From: Lysobacterales bacterium
GTDB taxonomy: Bacteria; Pseudomonadota; Gammaproteobacteria; Xanthomonadales; SZUA-36
DNA length: 64,000 nt
Reading direction: 5' to 3'
Assembly: GCA_036351575.1 (NCBI GenBank)
Contig: JAZBPJ010000131.1
Coordinates: 10,186-74,185 of the forward strand
The notes under the pieces: generated by a model
What the model saw: only the letters and a program-made list of their open reading frames with translations
What the model was told of the DNA's origin: nothing
Databases searched by the model: none
Translations under genes and position numbers: made by a program
Shown: piece by piece, positions 37,991-48,569 of the stretch
Layout: each line of letters begins with the position of its first letter
Numbering within the stretch: position 1 is the first letter of the stretch

Positions 37991-39823
37991 GTGATCGAAA
38001 ACCTGCGCAACATCGCCATCATCGCCCATGTCGATCATGGCAAAACCACGCTGGTCGACCAGCTCCTGCAGCAGTCCGGCACGCTCGGGGAGCGCGCGGC
38101 CACGCCCGAGCGCGTCATGGATTCGAACGAACTCGAACGCGAGCGCGGTATCACCATCCTGTCCAAGAACACCGCCATCCGCTGGAACGACGGCGAAACC
38201 GACTGGCGCATCAACATCGTCGACACGCCGGGCCATGCCGATTTTGGCGGTGAAGTGGAGCGCATCCTCAGCATGGTGGACTCCGTTTTGCTCCTGGTCG
38301 ACGCGGTGGACGGCCCGATGCCGCAGACCCGCTTCGTCACGCAGAAAGCGTTTGAAATGGGTTTTCGGCCCATTGTCGTGATCAACAAGGTCGATCGTGA
38401 CGGGGCCAGGCCCGACTGGGTCCTGGACCAGACGTTTGAATTGTTCGACCAGCTCGGCGCCAGCGACGATCAGCTCGACTTCCCGGTGGTTTACGCTTCC
38501 GCGCTAAAAGGGTTTGCCGGGCTTGACGACGCGGTTTCCGACGGCGACATGCGCCCCCTGTTCGAAACCATCGTCGAGCATGTATCACCCCCGCCGGTCA
38601 ACAGCGACGGTCCGTTCCAGATGCGCATCTCTTCGCTGGACTACAGCTCCTACGTGGGCGTGATCGGCATCGGCCGCGTGCAGCGCGGCCGGGTCAGGCC
38701 CAACCAGCAGATCACCGTGGTCGACGTCGACGGGCACGAACGCAACGCCCGCGTGCTGCAGGTACTGGGCTTTCACGGTCTCAAGCGGGTGGAAGTCGAC
38801 TCCGCCCAGGCCGGCGACATCATCGCGGTGACCGGCGTGGAAAACCTGCAGATTTCCGACACCCTGTGTGACCGCGGCGAACCGGACCCGCTGCCGGCGC
38901 TGACCGTCGACGAACCGACCATCAGCATGACGTTCCGGGTCAACAATTCGCCGTTCGCCGGCCGCGAGGGCAAGTACCTGACAAGCCGTCAGCTGCGCGA
39001 ACGCCTGCTGCGCGAAGCCAGCCACAACGTGGCGCTGCGCGTGGAAGACACCGGGAACCCCGAACGCTTCAAGGTTTCAGGGCGCGGCGAACTGCACCTG
39101 TCGATCCTGATCGAGACCATGCGCCGCGAAGGTTATGAACTGGCCATCTCGCGCCCGGAAGTGATCCTGCACGAGACCGGGCGCGGCCGCGAAGAACCCT
39201 ATGAAACGCTGGTCGTCGACCTGGAAAGCGATTACCAGGGCGGCGTGATGGAACGGCTCGGAGAGCGGCGCGGCGAGCTGCAGAACATGCAGCTGGACGG
39301 CAAGGGGCGCGTGCGCCTGGATTACATCATCCCCGCGCGCGGCCTGATCGGCTTCCAGTCGGAGTTTCGTACGCTGACCGCCGGAACCGGCCTGATGTTC
39401 CATGTATTCGACCACTACGGCCCCTACCACGCCGGTGAAATTTCAAAGCGCAACAACGGTGTGCTGATCTCCAACGGCACCGGCAAGGCGCTCGCTTACG
39501 CCCTGTACAACCTGCAGGAACGCGGGCGCATGATCATCGAGCCGGGCGTCGACGTTTACGAGGGCCAGGTGATCGGCATCCACAGCCGCGGCAACGACCT
39601 GACCGTCAATCCGCTGAAAGCCAAGCAGTTGACCAACATCCGTACGGTGCTGAAGGACGATTCGCTGCAGATGGCCGCGCCGATGAAACTCACGCTGGAA
39701 CAGGCGCTGGAGTTCATCGAGGACGACGAACTGGTCGAGGTCACGCCGCAAGCCATCCGCATCCGCAAAATCCACCTGCTGGAGCACGAGCGCAAGCGGG
39801 CCGGCCGCCAGAAAGACGACTGA
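37991..39823 (+). CDS. typA: Translational GTPase TypA/BipA
   Basis: (V)[25 protein letters not shown].., [22 protein letters not shown] 37991 is chosen as the start; the track ORF starts 23 codons upstream. Confidence 0.95.
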   Translation: MIENLRNIAIIAHVDHGKTTLVDQLLQQSGTLGERAATPERVMDSNELERERGITILSKNTAIRWNDGETDWRINIVDTPGHADFGGEVERILSMVDSVLLLVDAVDGPMPQTRFVTQKAFEMGFRPIVVINKVDRDGARPDWVLDQTFELFDQLGASDDQLDFPVVYASALKGFAGLDDAVSDGDMRPLFETIVEHVSPPPVNSDGPFQMRISSLDYSSYVGVIGIGRVQRGRVRPNQQITVVDVDGHERNARVLQVLGFHGLKRVEVDSAQAGDIIAVTGVENLQISDTLCDRGEPDPLPALTVDEPTISMTFRVNNSPFAGREGKYLTSRQLRERLLREASHNVALRVEDTGNPERFKVSGRGELHLSILIETMRREGYELAISRPEVILHETGRGREEPYETLVVDLESDYQGGVMERLGERRGELQNMQLDGKGRVRLDYIIPARGLIGFQSEFRTLTAGTGLMFHVFDHYGPYHAGEISKRNNGVLISNGTGKALAYALYNLQERGRMIIEPGVDVYEGQVIGIHSRGNDLTVNPLKAKQLTNIRTVLKDDSLQMAAPMKLTLEQALEFIEDDELVEVTPQAIRIRKIHLLEHERKRAGRQKDD

Positions 39824-39838
39824 GGCGCGGCGCCGGCT

Positions 39839-40873
39839 TCAGGCCACCACCCGCCAGCGCAGGGATTCGCCGGCTTTCAGCGGCACGACCCGGCCCGGGC
39901 CGACATCGTATGCCGCGGGTACTTGCCAGGTCTCACGGCGCAGCGTGATCCGGTCGCTGTTGCGCGGCAAGCCGTAAAAATCCGCCCCGTTGAAGCTGGC
40001 AAAAGCCTCCAGCCTGTCCAGCACGCCGAGATCCTCGAAGACTTCGGCGTACAGCTCGATGGCCGCGTGGCTGGAGTAACAGCCCGCGCATCCGCAGGCG
40101 TTTTCCTTCGTGTGTTTGAGGTGCGGTGCGGAATCCGTGCCGAGGAAAAAGCGGCGGTCTCCGTTCACGACCACGTCCTGCAGGGCCTGCTGATGTACAT
40201 TGCGCTTGAGAATGGGCAGGCAGTAATAGTGCGGGCGCACACCCCCGGCCAGCAGGTCGTTGCGGTTGTACATCAGGTGCTGCGGCGTGATCGTGGCGCC
40301 GATGCGCTTGTCCGCATCGAGGACGAACTGCACCGCCTCGCGCGTGCTGACGTGCTCGACGACGATTTTCAGCACCGGGTAACGCTCGGCGACCGGCTGC
40401 AGCTGTTCCTCGATGAAGCGCGCCTCGCGGTCGAAAATATCCACCTCGGGCCGCGTAACCTCGCCGTGCACCAGCAAGGGCATACCCGCTTCGCCCATCG
40501 CTTCGAGCGCCGGGAAGATGCGCTCCAGAGCGGTGACGCCGGAATCGGAGTTGGTGGTCGCGCCCGCGGGATAGAGCTTCGCGGCCGTGATACCGGCCGC
40601 AGCCGCTTCACGGATGGTGTCCGCCGAGGTGTTGTCCGTCAGGTACAGGGTCATCAGCGGCTGCCAGCCGCTGCCCGCGGGCCGCTGCTCGAGGATGCGC
40701 TCACGATAGGCCAGGGCCTGCGCGGCGTCCACGACCGGCGGGGCCAGGTTGGGCATCACGATAGCGCGGCCGAAATAGCGCGCCGCGGAAGGCACGGTGC
40801 CCCGCAGCATGGCCGCGTCACGAAGGTGAATATGCCAGTCGTCCGGTCGGGTAATGGTCAGTTCGCTGCTCAA
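39839..40873 (-). CDS. pyrC: Dihydroorotase (E. coli-type homodimeric class)
   Basis: ..[14 protein letters not shown].. parallels E. coli PyrC (IRRPDDWHLHLRD). The start is reassigned to TTG 40873, preceded by AAGGAG (40885-40880) with a 6-nt spacer. Confidence 0.92.
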   Translation of the reverse strand: MSSELTITRPDDWHIHLRDAAMLRGTVPSAARYFGRAIVMPNLAPPVVDAAQALAYRERILEQRPAGSGWQPLMTLYLTDNTSADTIREAAAAGITAAKLYPAGATTNSDSGVTALERIFPALEAMGEAGMPLLVHGEVTRPEVDIFDREARFIEEQLQPVAERYPVLKIVVEHVSTREAVQFVLDADKRIGATITPQHLMYNRNDLLAGGVRPHYYCLPILKRNVHQQALQDVVVNGDRRFFLGTDSAPHLKHTKENACGCAGCYSSHAAIELYAEVFEDLGVLDRLEAFASFNGADFYGLPRNSDRITLRRETWQVPAAYDVGPGRVVPLKAGESLRWRVVA

Positions 40874-40924
40874 TGCCGGCTCCTTGCATGAAAACAAGCT
40901 CAACCGCTGGCGGCCATTATCGCA

Positions 40925-41773
40925 TCAAAGTTCAACGCTTGTGCCCGTGTTCAGCCGCGACAGCCGGTCGCCCAGGATTTCCTGCAATACGCCATACGCC
41001 TTGCCGCCGGTGCAATGGCCGGTCCAGTAGTGCTTTACGGGCAGTGCGCTCAGTGCATTGCCGACTTTACGGACCTGCGCCCTGCCCCCCGACATGGTGT
41101 CGAAAAGCGGAAAACCGATCAGGTGAAAACCGCCGACGACCGCAGCGATCCGCTCGCCCGGAAACTGTTCCATCACGGTTTCGATCATGTTGAGCACGCC
41201 GGAGTGCGAGCAGCCGGTAAAGACCACCAGCCCCTGCTGCGAGCGGGCGACGAGCATCAGCTCGTGATCGAAGGGGTCGTTTTCACGCCGTCCGTTTTTT
41301 TCGAGGTACAGGTAGCGGTTTCCGCCCGGCACCGGGTGCTGCTTGCGCACCCGGTCGATGACAAACAGGCCGGTAAAAGGCTCGAGGGGTTCCTCGACGA
41401 ACACGAACCGTTCCGCGTGGTTCTCGACCAGGCCGCCAGGCAATCCGATATCGCGATTCATCACGGCGAGCGCATGAAACACGGGGCTGCCGTCCGGCGG
41501 CGGCCGCAGGTAGACCGGCGCATGGTCGTTGACCGCGAAAAACGCCGGCAAGCCGCCGCCATGGTCGAAGTGGTGGTGCGATACGACCGCGATATCCACC
41601 GCGGAAAGATCGACGCCCAGGCGCTCCGCGTTGGCGGCGAAGTCACCGCTGGCGCCGGTGTCAAACAGGACCGACACGCCCTGGTGCTCAATGTGCAAAG
41701 ACAGGCCGTGCTCGGCGGCCAGGCCGTCCTCGGGGCGAGCCGCATGGTTTTCGATCAGTACCGTGATTTTCAT
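40925..41773 (-). CDS. MBL-fold metallo-hydrolase of unknown function
   Basis: 282 aa from ATG 41773. MKITVLIENHA.. with the metal motif VVSHHHFDHGGG, later CSHSG and GGFHL. From memory it resembles the COG1237-type beta-lactamase-fold family. Confidence 0.7.
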   Translation of the reverse strand: MKITVLIENHAARPEDGLAAEHGLSLHIEHQGVSVLFDTGASGDFAANAERLGVDLSAVDIAVVSHHHFDHGGGLPAFFAVNDHAPVYLRPPPDGSPVFHALAVMNRDIGLPGGLVENHAERFVFVEEPLEPFTGLFVIDRVRKQHPVPGGNRYLYLEKNGRRENDPFDHELMLVARSQQGLVVFTGCSHSGVLNMIETVMEQFPGERIAAVVGGFHLIGFPLFDTMSGGRAQVRKVGNALSALPVKHYWTGHCTGGKAYGVLQEILGDRLSRLNTGTSVEL

Positions 41774-41796
41774 GCCGCCAGCCGCCGTGCCCGGCC

Positions 41797-43185
41797 TCAG
41801 CGCTCCTGGCGCGAGTGCTTGTCGACGATCAGCATCGCCAGTTCCAGCGACTGTTCGTAGTTCAGGCGCGGATCGACCGTCGACTTGTAGCTGCGTTTCA
41901 GGTCCGCGTCCGACAGGTCGCGGGCTCCACCGGTGCACTCGGTGACATTCTCGCCGGTCAGTTCCAGGTGGACGCCGCCGAGGTGCGATCCCATCGACTG
42001 GTGAATGTCCATCGCCAGTTCCAACTCGCCGAGGATTTTGCGAAAACGCCGCGTCTTGATGCCATCACCGGTGGACTCGGTGTTGCCGTGCATCGGGTCG
42101 GAAACCCACAGCACCGGGCTGCCATGATCGATCACGGCGCGCACCAGCGGCGGCAGCTTGTCCTCGATATTCGATTCACCCATGCGGTGGATCAGCACGA
42201 TGCGGCCAGCCTCGCGGCCCGGGTTCAGGCGGTCGAGCAGCCCGGTGAGCCAGGCACGGTCGATCGACGGGCCGATCTTGATGCCGATCGGGTTGCGGAT
42301 GCCGCGGAAATACTCGACATGTGCGCCGTCCAGCGCGGCCGTACGCATGCCGATCCACGGGAAATGCGTGTTCAGGTTGAACCAGCCCCACTGCCTGGGG
42401 ACCTGCCGCGTCTGGGCCTGCTCATAGGGCAGGTGCAAGGCTTCGTGCGAGGTGTAGAAGTCGACCCGGCGCAGGCTGCCGACATCACGGCCGGTGATGG
42501 TTTCCATGAAGCGCAGCGACTGGCCGAGGTTTTCGGTGATCTGGTGGAATTCGGCAGCCAGGGGTGAATGGTCGAGCCAGCTCAGGTCCCAGTACTCGGT
42601 GTGGTGCACGTCGGCAAAGCCGCCGTCGACCAGCGAGCGCACGAAATTCATCGTCATCGCCGAGTAGGCATGGGCCTTGAGCAGCCGCTCCGGGTCCGGC
42701 ACGCGCGCTTGCTCGCTGAATTCGATATCGTTGACGATATCACCGCGGTAGCTGGGCAATGTCACGCCGTCGCGTGTCTCGGTATCGGAAGAGCGCGGCT
42801 TGGCATACTGGCCGGCGAAGCGGCCCACGCGAACCACCGGCAGCTGCATGCCATGTATCAGCGCCAGGCTCATCTGCAGCAGAACCTTCAGGCGGTTGGC
42901 GATGATCGGCGAACTGACCTCTTTGAAGTTCTCCGCGCAGTCCCCTCCCTGAAGGAAGAACCGCTTTCCGGCCTGGGCCTCGGCGATCTGCTCGCGCAGC
43001 GCCAGGATCTCCCAGGACGTCACCAGCGGCGGCAGTTTCGCCAGTTTTTTGAGCGCCGACTGCAGTGATGCCTCGTCGGGATAATTCGCCTGCTGCTGCG
43101 CCTCGAAGCCTTTCCAGGTGCCCGGTGTCCAGTCTGCTGCATGACTGCCTTCCGGCGTCACGGCCGGGTCGGTGTTTGAATTCAT
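41797..43185 (-). CDS. 3-deoxy-7-phosphoheptulonate (DAHP) synthase, class II
   Basis: 462 aa from ATG 43185. This is the plant-like class II family: W.PG(S)WK....QQ.NYPD, LPPLV, QGGDCAE, GRFAGQYAKPRS, KILGELE..GGVHLELTG. Confidence 0.9.
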   Translation of the reverse strand: MNSNTDPAVTPEGSHAADWTPGTWKGFEAQQQANYPDEASLQSALKKLAKLPPLVTSWEILALREQIAEAQAGKRFFLQGGDCAENFKEVSSPIIANRLKVLLQMSLALIHGMQLPVVRVGRFAGQYAKPRSSDTETRDGVTLPSYRGDIVNDIEFSEQARVPDPERLLKAHAYSAMTMNFVRSLVDGGFADVHHTEYWDLSWLDHSPLAAEFHQITENLGQSLRFMETITGRDVGSLRRVDFYTSHEALHLPYEQAQTRQVPRQWGWFNLNTHFPWIGMRTAALDGAHVEYFRGIRNPIGIKIGPSIDRAWLTGLLDRLNPGREAGRIVLIHRMGESNIEDKLPPLVRAVIDHGSPVLWVSDPMHGNTESTGDGIKTRRFRKILGELELAMDIHQSMGSHLGGVHLELTGENVTECTGGARDLSDADLKRSYKSTVDPRLNYEQSLELAMLIVDKHSRQER

Positions 43186-43186
43186 C

Positions 43187-43699
43187 TCAGCCACGCACTG
43201 CCTCTTGCTTGAAGAACACCAGCACAAAAATCGTCGCCAGCGTGTAGAACGCGAACCAGATCAGCGACCAGCCGGGAATGCTGATGCCGAAAAAGGTCCA
43301 CAGCACCTCGGCGCATTCGCCCGCGCCGTAGAACACTTCCCTGAGCACATCCAGCACCGGCATGGTGTCGAGCATGTAGTTGAGCCCCATGCCGCAATCG
43401 GGCACCTGGTCCGCCGGCAGGCTTTGCAGCCATAAATGGCGACTCGCAAGGATCGCGCCGATCACGCTGCCGATAACCAGCAGGATTCCGTATATCCACT
43501 GCCACACCTTGCCGGGCCCGTGTATGGCCGCCACCAGCCCGACGGCCCCGACCCACAGGAACGCCAGCCTCTGCAGGATACACAGGGGACAGGGGTCGAC
43601 GAAATCGATGTGCTGCTTGTACAAGGCCCAGGCGAGTAAACCTGCGCAGCTGAGAGCCGCGAACAGAAACCACATTCGGGCGGTCAGAAATCGCTTCAC
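43187..43699 (-). CDS. dsbB: Disulfide bond formation protein B
   Basis: 4 TM segments with the CPLC motif ([10 protein letters not shown]) and a second Cys pair (VPDCG..AGECAE). GTG 43699 is preferred (AAGGAG 8 nt upstream) over GTG 43708. The stop is separated from the next ATG by 1 nt (TGAGATG). Confidence 0.85.
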   Translation of the reverse strand: MKRFLTARMWFLFAALSCAGLLAWALYKQHIDFVDPCPLCILQRLAFLWVGAVGLVAAIHGPGKVWQWIYGILLVIGSVIGAILASRHLWLQSLPADQVPDCGMGLNYMLDTMPVLDVLREVFYGAGECAEVLWTFFGISIPGWSLIWFAFYTLATIFVLVFFKQEAVRG

Positions 43700-43825
43700 T
43701 TTCTTCACTCCTTTAGTCTTCGAGCAATACCGTATGCCTGCTATCGAAGAATAAAGACCCGTCTGGTCATGCCGGGTTCATTTATAATGGCAAGTCGATT
43801 ACCGATCGACTGGCAGGGCACGATA

Positions 43826-45505
43826 ATGAGCGTAAATCCCCACAATTACAAGGCCAAGAGCCACTCCCCGATACACGCCCCGACAGGCACCTCGCTCAGC
43901 TGCAAAGGCTGGCACCAGGAGGCCGCCCTGCGCATGCTGATGAACAATCTCGACCCGGACGTGGCCGAGAAACCGGACGAACTGATCATCTACGGCGGCA
44001 CCGGCAAAGCCGCGCGCAACTGGGACTGCTACGAGCGCATCGTCAAAACACTGCAGCGGCTCGAGAACGACGAAACCATGCTGGTGCAGAGCGGTAAACC
44101 GGTCGGCGTGTTCCGCACCCACGAGGAAGCCCCGCGGGTACTGATCGCCAACGCCAACCTGGTGCCGCGCTGGGGCAACTGGGACGTCTTTCGCGACCTC
44201 GAGCAGAAAGGCCTGACCATGTATGGCCAGATGACCGCCGGATCATGGATATACATCGGCTCCCAGGGCATCGTGCAGGGCACTTACGAAACCTTTGCCG
44301 AGTGCGCCAACCAGCATTTCGATGGCAGCCTCGCCGGGCGGCTGGTCGTAACCGCCGGCCTGGGCGGAATGGGCGGTGCACAGCCGCTGGCGGTCACGAT
44401 GAACGACGGGCTCTGCCTGGCCGTGGAAGTCGACCCCTGGCGCATCCAGCGGCGCGTGGAAACAGGCTACTGCGACGTGATGTCGAAAGACCTCGACGAG
44501 GCCCTGGACCTGCTGGACAAGGCCGAGGGCGGCCTTTCGGTCGGCCTGCTGGGCAATATCGCCGAGGTCATGCCCGAACTGCTCCGGCGCGGCATCGTGC
44601 CGGACGTCATCACCGACCAGACGTCGGCACACGACCTGCGCTTCGGGTACATCCCGGCGGGCTACAGCCTCGACGAGGCCGATCGACTGCGGGAATCGGA
44701 CCCGAAAAAATACGACAACGAAGTGCTCGATTCCATGGTTCGGCACGTGCAGGCGATCCTGGACCTGAAAGCAAAAGGCGCGGTCTGCTTTGACTACGGC
44801 AACAACCTGCGCGGCCAGGTAGCCGACCACCGTGACATGCCGCAGGCTTTCGACTACCCCGGTTTCGTACCGGCTTACATTCGGCCCCTGTTCTGCAAGG
44901 GCGCCGGCCCGTTCCGCTGGGCGGCGCTCAGCGGCAACCCGGCCGACATCCAGGCGACCGACCGGGCCATCCTGGAGCTGTTCCCGGAGAAAGAGGCGCT
45001 GCACCGCTGGATCCACAAGGCGCAGGAGAAAGTGCGGTTCCAGGGGCTGCCGTCGCGCATCTGCTGGCTGGAATACGGCGAGCGCGCCGAGGCCGGGCTG
45101 AAGTTCAACTGGCTGGTGAAGAACGGCAAGGTCGATGCGCCCGTCGTGATCGGCCGCGACCACCTCGACACCGGCTCGGTGGCCTCGCCCAACCGCGAGA
45201 CCGAGGCCATGAAAGACGGCTCCGACGCGATCGCCGACTGGCCCCTGCTCAACGCACTGCTCAATACCTCCTGCGGCGCCAGTTGGGTGTCCATCCACCA
45301 CGGCGGCGGCGTCGGTATCGGATATTCCCTGCACGCCGGCATGGTCTGCGTGGCGGACGGCACCGAGATGGCCGACCGGCGGCTGGAGCGGGTGTTGACC
45401 GCGGACCCGGGTACCGGCGTCATGCGGCACGCGGACGCGGGTTACGAACTCGCGGTGGAAACCGCGAATCAACGCGGCGTCGACCTGCCGATGGTCAACG
45501 GGTGA
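43826..45505 (+). CDS. hutU: Urocanate hydratase
   Basis: [50 protein letters not shown] is collinear with Pseudomonas HutU. ATG 43826 is used as the start. Confidence 0.95.
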   Translation: MSVNPHNYKAKSHSPIHAPTGTSLSCKGWHQEAALRMLMNNLDPDVAEKPDELIIYGGTGKAARNWDCYERIVKTLQRLENDETMLVQSGKPVGVFRTHEEAPRVLIANANLVPRWGNWDVFRDLEQKGLTMYGQMTAGSWIYIGSQGIVQGTYETFAECANQHFDGSLAGRLVVTAGLGGMGGAQPLAVTMNDGLCLAVEVDPWRIQRRVETGYCDVMSKDLDEALDLLDKAEGGLSVGLLGNIAEVMPELLRRGIVPDVITDQTSAHDLRFGYIPAGYSLDEADRLRESDPKKYDNEVLDSMVRHVQAILDLKAKGAVCFDYGNNLRGQVADHRDMPQAFDYPGFVPAYIRPLFCKGAGPFRWAALSGNPADIQATDRAILELFPEKEALHRWIHKAQEKVRFQGLPSRICWLEYGERAEAGLKFNWLVKNGKVDAPVVIGRDHLDTGSVASPNRETEAMKDGSDAIADWPLLNALLNTSCGASWVSIHHGGGVGIGYSLHAGMVCVADGTEMADRRLERVLTADPGTGVMRHADAGYELAVETANQRGVDLPMVNG

Positions 45506-45509
45506 AACC

Positions 45510-47006
45510 GTGATTCGCATCGCCAGCCTCTACCGCGACCTGGATGCCTCCATGGAGGCCCTGCGACGCGACCACGGTGCGGTGACCCGGAGCCGCGCGA
45601 CCGTCCTCGAGGCTCTGGCCGACGGCGATGCGCACTACGGTATCAACACCGGTTTCGGCATACTCGCCAACAAGCGCATCGAGGACGAACAGCTCGTCGA
45701 GCTGCAGCGGAACATCCTGCTGAGCCATGCCTGCGGCGTCGGCGCGCCGGTCCCGCGGGAGATCACCCGGCTCATGCTGCGGCTTAAGATCCACGCGCTC
45801 GGTCTCGGCTTTTCGGGCATTTCCGAGGCCACGTTCCGGCAACTGCTGGCTTTTGACGAGGCCGCTCTGACGCCCTGGGTACCCAGCCGCGGCAGCGTCG
45901 GCGCCTCGGGCGACCTGGCGCCGCTGGCGCACATGTGCCTGCCCCTGATCGGGCGCGGCGAAGTCTGGGAGGAAAGCGGTAAAAACAAGGAAGCGGCCGC
46001 CCCGGCCCTGGCCCGGCTGGGCCTGGAGCCGGTGGAACTCGGCGCCAAGGACGGCCTCGCCTTGATCAACGGCACGCAGCTGATGACGGCCTACGGCGCT
46101 TTCGTGCTGGAACGCGCCCTGGTGCTGCAGGCCGAGGCCGACATCCTGGCCGCAATGAGCCTGGAGGCCCTGCAGGGAAGCGCGGCTCCTTTTGACGCGC
46201 GAATCCACGAGATCCGGCCACACGCCGGTCAGCAGCGCGTGGCGCAGAACGTGCGCACCCTGCTCGAACAGAGCGAGATCCTCGACTCGCACCGCGATTG
46301 CGGGCGCGTGCAGGATCCGTATTGCCTGCGCTGCGTGCCGCAGGTGCACGGCGCCAGCCGCGACGCCCTGGACTACGCGGTCGGCGTGGTCGAAACCGAG
46401 CTGAATTCGGTAACCGACAACCCGCTGGTATTCGGCAACGGCGACATCCTCTCGGGCGGCAATTTCCACGGCCAGCCACTGGCGCTGGCGCTGGACTTCG
46501 CGGCCATTGCCCTCGCCGAACTGGCCAGCATTTCCGAACGACGCACCTACCTGCTGCTCGAAGGCCACGACGGCCTGCCGAAATTGCTGATGCGGGATAC
46601 CGGGGTGAACTCCGGTTTCATGATCCCCCAGTACACCGCCGCCGCGCTGGTCTCCGAGAACAAGGTGCTGTGCCACCCGGCCAGCGTGGACTCCATCCCC
46701 ACCAGCCTGGGCCAGGAGGACCATGTCAGCATGGGTTCGATCAGCGCTCTCAAGCTGCTCAGCGTGCTGCTCAACGTGGAGCGCGTGCTGGCCGTCGAAT
46801 TCCTGACCGCGGCCCAGGCACTGGACTTCCGGGCGCCGTTGAAACCGGGCCGCGGCGTCCTGGTCGCGCACGAGATGCTGCGTGGGCAAATCGGCCATGC
46901 CGACAGGGATTACGAGGTGCGCAACGACCTCGACACCTGCGCGAAGATTCTGCGCGCGGGGAAACTCGCAGCCGTCGTGAACGAGGCGATCGGCCCGCTG
47001 GCCTGA
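45510..47006 (+). CDS. hutH: Histidine ammonia-lyase
   Basis: YGINTGFG, and GSVGASGDLAPLAH (the ASG triad that forms MIO). GTG start 4 nt after the hutU stop. Confidence 0.95.
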   Translation: MIRIASLYRDLDASMEALRRDHGAVTRSRATVLEALADGDAHYGINTGFGILANKRIEDEQLVELQRNILLSHACGVGAPVPREITRLMLRLKIHALGLGFSGISEATFRQLLAFDEAALTPWVPSRGSVGASGDLAPLAHMCLPLIGRGEVWEESGKNKEAAAPALARLGLEPVELGAKDGLALINGTQLMTAYGAFVLERALVLQAEADILAAMSLEALQGSAAPFDARIHEIRPHAGQQRVAQNVRTLLEQSEILDSHRDCGRVQDPYCLRCVPQVHGASRDALDYAVGVVETELNSVTDNPLVFGNGDILSGGNFHGQPLALALDFAAIALAELASISERRTYLLLEGHDGLPKLLMRDTGVNSGFMIPQYTAAALVSENKVLCHPASVDSIPTSLGQEDHVSMGSISALKLLSVLLNVERVLAVEFLTAAQALDFRAPLKPGRGVLVAHEMLRGQIGHADRDYEVRNDLDTCAKILRAGKLAAVVNEAIGPLA

Positions 47007-48229
47007 TGACGGTCCTGAGCAACATCGGCCAGTTGGCCACCTGCCCGCCCGGCAATCCACAGCAGGATGCCGGCCTGTTGCGCAACGCCGCGCTGGTCAT
47101 CCGCGGTGAAAAAATTGCCTGGGCCGGGCCGGCCGCGGACCTGCCTGCAGAGTACGCCGGCGACGAGACCATCGATTGCCTCGGGCGGCTGGTCATTCCG
47201 GGCCTGGTGGATTGCCACACGCACCTGTGTTTCGGCGGCTGGCGCGGCGACGAGTTCGAGATGCGCCTGGCCGGGGCCAGCTACCTGGAAATCGCGGCAG
47301 CGGGCGGCGGCATCGCCAGCACCGTTGCCGCCACGCGTGACACCGGCGCCGATCGACTCGAAGAAAAGGCCAGGTCCGCACTCGACGGCATGCTGGCGCT
47401 GGGCGTTACCACCGTGGAATGCAAAAGCGGCTATGGGCTGGACGAAGCCAACGAAATCAAGCAACTGGAAGTCTATCGTTCATTGGACCGGAGCCACGCG
47501 ATCGACCTCGTTTCGACCTTTCTCGGCGCGCATATCGTGCCGCCGGAGTACCGCGAAAACCGCAGCGCTTACGTGGACCTGCTTTGCGATACCCTCCTGC
47601 CCCGGGTGGCGCGCGAGGGGCTGGCGGAGTTTTGCGACGCCTTTGTCGAGGAAGGCGCCTACACCGTTGACGAAGCGCGGCGCATTTTCTCGACCGCGCA
47701 AAAACTCGGCCTGCGCATCAAGCTGCATGCCGACCAGTTGTCCAACGGCGGCGGCGCGGCATTGGCGGCGGAGTTCGATGCCGTCTCGGCGGAGCACCTG
47801 GAATACGCCGATGAGAGCGGTATCCGGGCCATGGCGGACGCCGGCACGGTGGCCGTCAGCCTGCCGCTGGCTTCGCTTTACCTGGGCGAGCGTTACCTGC
47901 CCGCCCGGCGCTTTATGCAAGCCGGTGCGGCCGTCGCGGTCGCCACCGATTTCAATCCCGGGTCCGCGCCGAGCTATCACCTGCCCTTCGCGCTGACGCT
48001 GGCCTGCCTGAACCAGGGCATGACGCCCCAGGAAGCGCTTACCGGCGCGACCACGGTGGCCTCAAGGGCCATTGGCCGCCATCAAGCGATCGGATCGCTG
48101 CTGCCGGGCTACCAGGCTGACCTCGCCGTGATCGATGCGCCGGACTTGAACCACTGGCTTTACCACTTCGTAGCGAATGCCTCTATCACCGTGTTCAAAA
48201 AAGGACATACCGTTTACGCATCCCGCTGA
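47006..48229 (+). CDS. hutI: Imidazolonepropionase
   Basis: MTVLSNIGQLATC..LVIPGLVDCHTHLCFGGWR..KLHADQLS..ATDFNPGS. The ATG overlaps the hutH stop (TGATG). The 236-codon upstream extension in the track is a shadow over hutH. Confidence 0.93.
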   Translation: MTVLSNIGQLATCPPGNPQQDAGLLRNAALVIRGEKIAWAGPAADLPAEYAGDETIDCLGRLVIPGLVDCHTHLCFGGWRGDEFEMRLAGASYLEIAAAGGGIASTVAATRDTGADRLEEKARSALDGMLALGVTTVECKSGYGLDEANEIKQLEVYRSLDRSHAIDLVSTFLGAHIVPPEYRENRSAYVDLLCDTLLPRVAREGLAEFCDAFVEEGAYTVDEARRIFSTAQKLGLRIKLHADQLSNGGGAALAAEFDAVSAEHLEYADESGIRAMADAGTVAVSLPLASLYLGERYLPARRFMQAGAAVAVATDFNPGSAPSYHLPFALTLACLNQGMTPQEALTGATTVASRAIGRHQAIGSLLPGYQADLAVIDAPDLNHWLYHFVANASITVFKKGHTVYASR

Positions 48230-48308
48230 ACCGCTGCGGCCGCCCTTTTGTTTCTGTTGCTTGACCTGGGTCTATGTACTCGCGCGCCCGATTGCCGTAG
48301 AATCACTG

Positions 48309-48333
48309 CTAAATGAAAATGATTCTCAATTAG
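48309..48333 (+). promoter_or_regulatory. Fur box upstream of feoAB
   Basis: AATGAAAATGATTCTC (48312-48327) matches the AATGATAATCATTATC core of the Fur consensus GATAATGATAATCATTATC at 13/16. It lies just downstream of a TAGAAT -10 element (48298-48303) and 15 nt upstream of the feoA ATG. Confidence 0.65.
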
Positions 48334-48341
48334 AACGCGCT

Positions 48342-48566
48342 ATGACACTAAAAGACCTTCATCCCGGACAGTCGGCTCGCATCGAGGCCGTGGATGCCAG
48401 CAAGCCCGGCGTGATCCGGCTGATGGTCCTCGGACTGATCGAGGGCGTCGAAGTACAGCACCAGAATTCCGCCATCGGCGGAGACCCGATGGAACTCAGC
48501 GTCCTCGGAACCGCGATATCCGTCCGCAGGCAGCAGGCGGACTGCTTCAAGGTATCGCCCTGTTAG
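48342..48566 (+). CDS. feoA: Ferrous iron transport protein A
   Basis: 74 aa from the internal ATG 48342. MTLKDLHPGQSARIEAVDAS..RLMVLGLIEGVEV is a FeoA SH3-like domain. Immediately precedes feoB. Confidence 0.85.
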   Translation: MTLKDLHPGQSARIEAVDASKPGVIRLMVLGLIEGVEVQHQNSAIGGDPMELSVLGTAISVRRQQADCFKVSPC

Positions 48567-48569
48567 CGC

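Noticed and set aside
46298-47005. 236-codon N-terminal extension of the hutI ORF.
   Set aside because: It overlaps hutH in another frame and is Arg/Pro/Gly-rich. The hutI ATG at 47006 overlaps the hutH stop and gives a normal-length imidazolonepropionase.
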